A DNA stretch of 14,257 nucleotides from positions 1-14,257 of the forward strand of contig NZ_MKGN01000020.1 of NCBI RefSeq assembly GCF_002682985.1, read 5' to 3'. The notes under the pieces are model-generated. The model was given only the letters and a program-made list of their open reading frames with translations. It had not been told where the DNA came from and ran no database searches. The stretch's first letter is position 1. Every line of letters begins with the position of its first letter. This DNA comes from Candidatus Tremblayella phenacoccinincola. GTDB taxonomy: Bacteria; Pseudomonadota; Gammaproteobacteria; Burkholderiales; Burkholderiaceae. Made by a program: the position numbers and the translations under genes. Of this stretch, positions 10,767-14,257 are shown in pieces.

Positions 10767-11713
10767 GATAGTTTTAATGAGGAACGTACCATAACTTCAG
10801 AAGCTACAACAGGTATTCCTATTTGGAGAGCTATCTTTTTATATATCTTAAATAGGTTAGGATGTAGATGCTTGTTTGGTGTAGGTTTATGATGAGAGGA
10901 CTTAAGAAGCTGTCCGAGAGTTAAATAGGTTATTCCACAGTTTCTAAGGTCACAAACAGTGATCAAAGCTTCTCCAGCAGCTTCTCCAAAACCTAATATA
11001 ATACCAGTCTTAGAGTTGGAGTGTTGATTGAATCTTTTGAACTGACCTAGCAGCAAAGCTGAGTTTAAGTATTCGGTACCAAGCTTAACATTAGCATACA
11101 GTCTAGGTACCGTTTCTATGTTATGATTAAGAATGTTTGGTAGCTTTCCCTTAAACCCATTACACACAGACTTAAGATTACTTTTGAAGTCAGGAACTAA
11201 CAACTCAGTGGACAGCTTAGGGTAATTTCTTTTAAGCTCAACTACACTCCTAATAAACTGCTCAACTCCTCCATCTGACAAGTCATCTCTATTAACACTA
11301 GTCATTACAACATGGTTTAAATGTATGCTTCTTAGAACTCTGATAATATAGAAAGGCTCTAGTGGGTTTAAGAACAATAAACGCTCTTTGAGGACACTAC
11401 AAAATGTGCAACTTCTTGTGCAGCTAGCTCCCATAACTATAAAAGCTGCTGACTTACTTTTAAAACATAGATACATATTTGGACAACACGCATCCTGACA
11501 AATCGATCTAGCTTTACTGGTTCCTAATATTACTTTTGTTTCATTGTAGTGTTTACGGCTGGTGCCTAATCTGAGTCTTGCCCAACATGGTTTCCTATTT
11601 AAGTTATTATATGTATGCATCATATGTAGCTCTTGAATTGGTTTAACAACGAAACTACGTATATGACCAACAGATGAAGCCTTGCAGTAAAAGCTTTTAA
11701 CATCTGCATTCAT
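10763..11713 (-). CDS. lipA: Lipoyl synthase (radical SAM)
   Basis: 316 aa. The auxiliary cluster motif is CQDACCPNMYLC (Cx4Cx5C). The radical-SAM motif is CTRSCTFC (Cx3Cx2C). Also present are VVMTSVNRDDLSDGG, LVPDF, NHNIETVPRLY, GFGE, TLGQ and the C-terminal RSS motif (VRSSLK). It lies 51 nt downstream of metE on the same strand. Confidence 0.92.
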   Translation of the reverse strand: MNADVKSFYCKASSVGHIRSFVVKPIQELHMMHTYNNLNRKPCWARLRLGTSRKHYNETKVILGTSKARSICQDACCPNMYLCFKSKSAAFIVMGASCTRSCTFCSVLKERLLFLNPLEPFYIIRVLRSIHLNHVVMTSVNRDDLSDGGVEQFIRSVVELKRNYPKLSTELLVPDFKSNLKSVCNGFKGKLPNILNHNIETVPRLYANVKLGTEYLNSALLLGQFKRFNQHSNSKTGIILGFGEAAGEALITVCDLRNCGITYLTLGQLLKSSHHKPTPNKHLHPNLFKIYKKIALQIGIPVVASEVMVRSSLKLS

Positions 11714-11764
11714 TGTTGGGTTCTTAGCTCCTAACTCAATGACTACCTCTCAAAAAGGAATTAC

Positions 11765-14011
11765 CTAAATGGTTGGTTCTTGCAGTCTTGCAACTTTGGT
11801 AGCTTTCACCATATTAGCTAATGACTTGTCAACTTGAGACCACGTTCTGGTTTTCAATCCGCAGTCTGGGTTAATCCAAATTCTTTCCTTGGGTATGCAT
11901 GTAGTGATATATTTGACCCTAAGTAAAACTTCTTCAACGCTAGGAATCATTGGTGAATGTATGTCATAAACACCAGGACCAATTTCATTAGTAAACCCAC
12001 ATTCTTTGAACGGTTCCAACAGAAACATGTTTGAACGTGCTGCTTCAATTGATATTACATCCGTATCCAGCTTTACTAGCGTATCTACTATTTCTCCAAA
12101 CTCTGAATAGCAAAGGTGCGTATGTATTTGTGTTGATGCTGATATTCCAGATGAAACTATATGAAAGGCTTTAACAGACCAGCTTAAGTATTGATTCCAA
12201 TTCTCATACAGCAACGGTAAGCCTTCTCTTATTGCAGGTTCGTCAACCTGAACAGCTCTTGTACCATGGTTCTCTAGTAGAGTTACTTCTTTTCTTAGGA
12301 CAGAGGCTATTTGCAAGGACAGCTCTTGTATTGTTTGGGTTTTCCTTAGGAAAGACCAGTTTAGAATAGTCATTGGTCCTGTTACCATGCCTTTTACTGG
12401 CTTGTTGGTTAAGCTTTGTGCGTACTTTGACCAGTAAACAGTGATTGGCCTAATGAAAGATAGATCCTTAAAAACTATTGGAGGCTTAGTGCATCTTGAC
12501 CCAAAGCTTTGAATCCAACCGTTTTCAGTTATCATAAACCCTTCAACTAGCTCTCCAAAATACTCGACCATATCATTTCGTTCCACCTCTCCATGAACAA
12601 AAACATCTAACCCATAAACTGCCTGCTTCTTTATTATGAAGCTGACTTCGGACTTTAGGGTTGTTATGTATTCTTTTTGGCTTAGGTTTCCTTTTTTAAA
12701 CAGTGAGCGTATCTTTCTAATGTGTTCAGTTTGTGGGAAGGAACCTACTGTGGTTGTTGGGTATATTGGGAGATTACTAATGGGCTTCTGTAGTTTTATA
12801 CGATCCAAATAGTTCAGCCTCTTGAAGCAACATTCGCTTTCTAAATCCTCAGTGTAGAAGCCAACTCTGGGGTTGAAGTGGGTTTCTTTTACTAAGCTCG
12901 AGCCTGCAATGGTTGACATCTGGCTCGTTAAGTGCTCTTTGATGGTAACGACTTCTTGTATCTTCTGGACCCCAAAAGATAGCTTACGTTTGAGGCTTTC
13001 ACTAACTTTACCTTCTGTTGAAAGATCACAAGGAACATGCAATAAAGGACAGCTAGTAGAAACCCACATCTCACTTCTTATTTTACTACGAAGCCTTTCA
13101 ATTCTATGTATGGACCGTTTAAGATCATTCTTCCAGACGTCCCTACCGTTGACAATGCCTACCGATAATACTTTGTCTGATGGATAAGTCTCTAACTGGT
13201 TAATTGAAACGTTATTGGTAATATCAAAGTGAAACCCAGCTGCTGGTAAAGACTTGATGAATGTATACATCTCAGTTGGGAATGCATAATAGGAAGTAAA
13301 TAGTATCTTTGGAGAACAAGAAGCCAGCTGTTCATATGCTGTTCTTAAAGCTATACGCCAAACAGCAGGTAGACTGAAGGAAGCTATTGGTTCTTCAAGT
13401 TGAACCCACTCAACTCCTTTAAGCTTAATGTTCATCAGTACCCTTTTGTATGCCTCTAGCAGTCTTGGAAGTACTTCAACTCTATTAGATAAGTCTCCGT
13501 ATTCTTTACCAAGCCACAAGAGTGAAACTGGTCCTAACATACATACTTTGATTGGATGTTGAATCGCTTTTGCCAGATCTATTTCTTCTAACAACCAAGT
13601 AAACTCTGCGTTGAACTCCATTCCAGATGTATATTCAGGAACTAAATAATGATAGTTAGTATTAAACCATTTCTTCAAGTCCATAGCTTTAAAGTTATTA
13701 ATCCCTCTAGCAGCATCAAAGTAGTTATCAATGGAAGGGCTTTTAACATTGAAGCCATATCTTTTTGGAAGTCCTCCTAAACCACACAGAGTACTTAAAA
13801 CATGATCATAAAAAGAGAAGTCACCTACAGTTAAGAAGTCTAAACGTAACAGCTTTTGCATTCTCCAGGCTTTTAGACATATCTCCTTTCTTGTTTTAAA
13901 AAGCATCTCTTTGGTTTCTGAAGTTCTGTTTTTCCAATAGGACTCTAGGATAAACTTAAGCTCTCGGTTAAAACCAACTCTTGGAAAGCCTAGGATATGT
14001 GCTATGTTCAT
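11765..14011 (-). CDS. metE: 5-methyltetrahydropteroyltriglutamate-homocysteine S-methyltransferase (cobalamin-independent methionine synthase)
   Basis: 748 aa, collinear with E. coli MetE (753 aa). Matching strings include LGFPRVG..RELK...ESYW, KWFNTNYHYLVPE, GPVSLLWLGK, TTVGSFPQT, FVHGE.ERNDMVEYFGE, VQVDEPA.REGLP, the zinc ligands in IHTHLCYSEF and PDCGLKTR. Confidence 0.96.
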   Translation of the reverse strand: MNIAHILGFPRVGFNRELKFILESYWKNRTSETKEMLFKTRKEICLKAWRMQKLLRLDFLTVGDFSFYDHVLSTLCGLGGLPKRYGFNVKSPSIDNYFDAARGINNFKAMDLKKWFNTNYHYLVPEYTSGMEFNAEFTWLLEEIDLAKAIQHPIKVCMLGPVSLLWLGKEYGDLSNRVEVLPRLLEAYKRVLMNIKLKGVEWVQLEEPIASFSLPAVWRIALRTAYEQLASCSPKILFTSYYAFPTEMYTFIKSLPAAGFHFDITNNVSINQLETYPSDKVLSVGIVNGRDVWKNDLKRSIHRIERLRSKIRSEMWVSTSCPLLHVPCDLSTEGKVSESLKRKLSFGVQKIQEVVTIKEHLTSQMSTIAGSSLVKETHFNPRVGFYTEDLESECCFKRLNYLDRIKLQKPISNLPIYPTTTVGSFPQTEHIRKIRSLFKKGNLSQKEYITTLKSEVSFIIKKQAVYGLDVFVHGEVERNDMVEYFGELVEGFMITENGWIQSFGSRCTKPPIVFKDLSFIRPITVYWSKYAQSLTNKPVKGMVTGPMTILNWSFLRKTQTIQELSLQIASVLRKEVTLLENHGTRAVQVDEPAIREGLPLLYENWNQYLSWSVKAFHIVSSGISASTQIHTHLCYSEFGEIVDTLVKLDTDVISIEAARSNMFLLEPFKECGFTNEIGPGVYDIHSPMIPSVEEVLLRVKYITTCIPKERIWINPDCGLKTRTWSQVDKSLANMVKATKVARLQEPTI

Positions 14012-14257
14012 AGGTTCTATAGGAAGCTCTTTTGCTATGGTTCATCTAAGACTGGGTAGCGGGTGTTAGTAGTTATTATTTATTAAGCCTACCGATGTAA
14101 AAGGTTAGCCAAGTATGTAGGTTAGGTCTCATTATTGAGAAGCGGTTGTTAGGTGTGTATGCATGTTCGAAGTGAAGCTAACAAAGAAGACTGGAGCTAC
14201 ATCATAATACATACCACTAACCTAACAGATGCAGCTAACATTGGTTCTCCCTTTTAG

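Noticed and set aside
14161-14180. GTTCGAA T-loop-like strings (14165-14171, also 3441-3447 in the ITS and 6108-6114) checked as possible tRNA, tmRNA or permuted tmRNA pieces
   Set aside because: The flanking bases do not form a T-stem, and there are no acceptor or anticodon arms. The ITS (65 nt) and the rplY-dnaJ spacer (88 nt) are too short. The TGGATTCGAG at ~6105 resembles the tmRNA 5' region only superficially.
14200-14257. AAGGGAGAACCAATG on the metE-sense strand at the right edge, reminiscent of the GGGAA..GGTG core of cobalamin riboswitches often found upstream of metE
   Set aside because: No B12 box (GCCACTG or AGCCAGGAGAC-like) or CCCGC element lies at the expected spacing, so the similarity is a short G-rich word. 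It cannot be excluded that a decayed element extends beyond the window.

Overview
This ~40% GC window is gene-dense and looks like a reduced-genome betaproteobacterial nutritional endosymbiont. The lineage call (Tremblaya-like) is an inference from DnaK signature strings recalled from memory, not from a search. On the minus strand there is a complete, very compact rrs-rrl-rrf operon: 16S ~3473-5035, 23S ~495-3407, 5S ~365-481. It has a 65-nt tRNA-free ITS and a 13-nt 23S-5S spacer. rplY (L25/Ctc, +) diverges from the operon and ends in a Ser/Thr/Ala tail encoded by an 18-bp tandem repeat. dnaK-dnaJ (-) follow and are intact, but the expected upstream grpE survives only as a frameshifted, stop-interrupted remnant. 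A class-I DAHP synthase (aroG-type, +) converges on lipA (-), and their stop codons share a TTAA. metE (-) lies 51 nt upstream of lipA. I found no tRNAs, CRISPR arrays, mobile elements, toxin-antitoxin genes or defence genes, and no recoded stop codons. The points most worth a second look are four. First, the decayed grpE sits next to intact dnaK and dnaJ. Second, a strongly C-rich, G-poor non-coding tract downstream of 5S carries seven same-orientation CTACT[G/A] copies, and a weaker mirror-image skew sits upstream of metE. Third, slippage-type tandem repeats occur inside genes (rplY tail, a Cys-rich aroG insertion, the grpE remnant). Fourth, a clear 16S-bracketing processing helix is flanked by an exact 13-mer direct repeat. 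I do not see convincing evidence for a new multi-gene system here.
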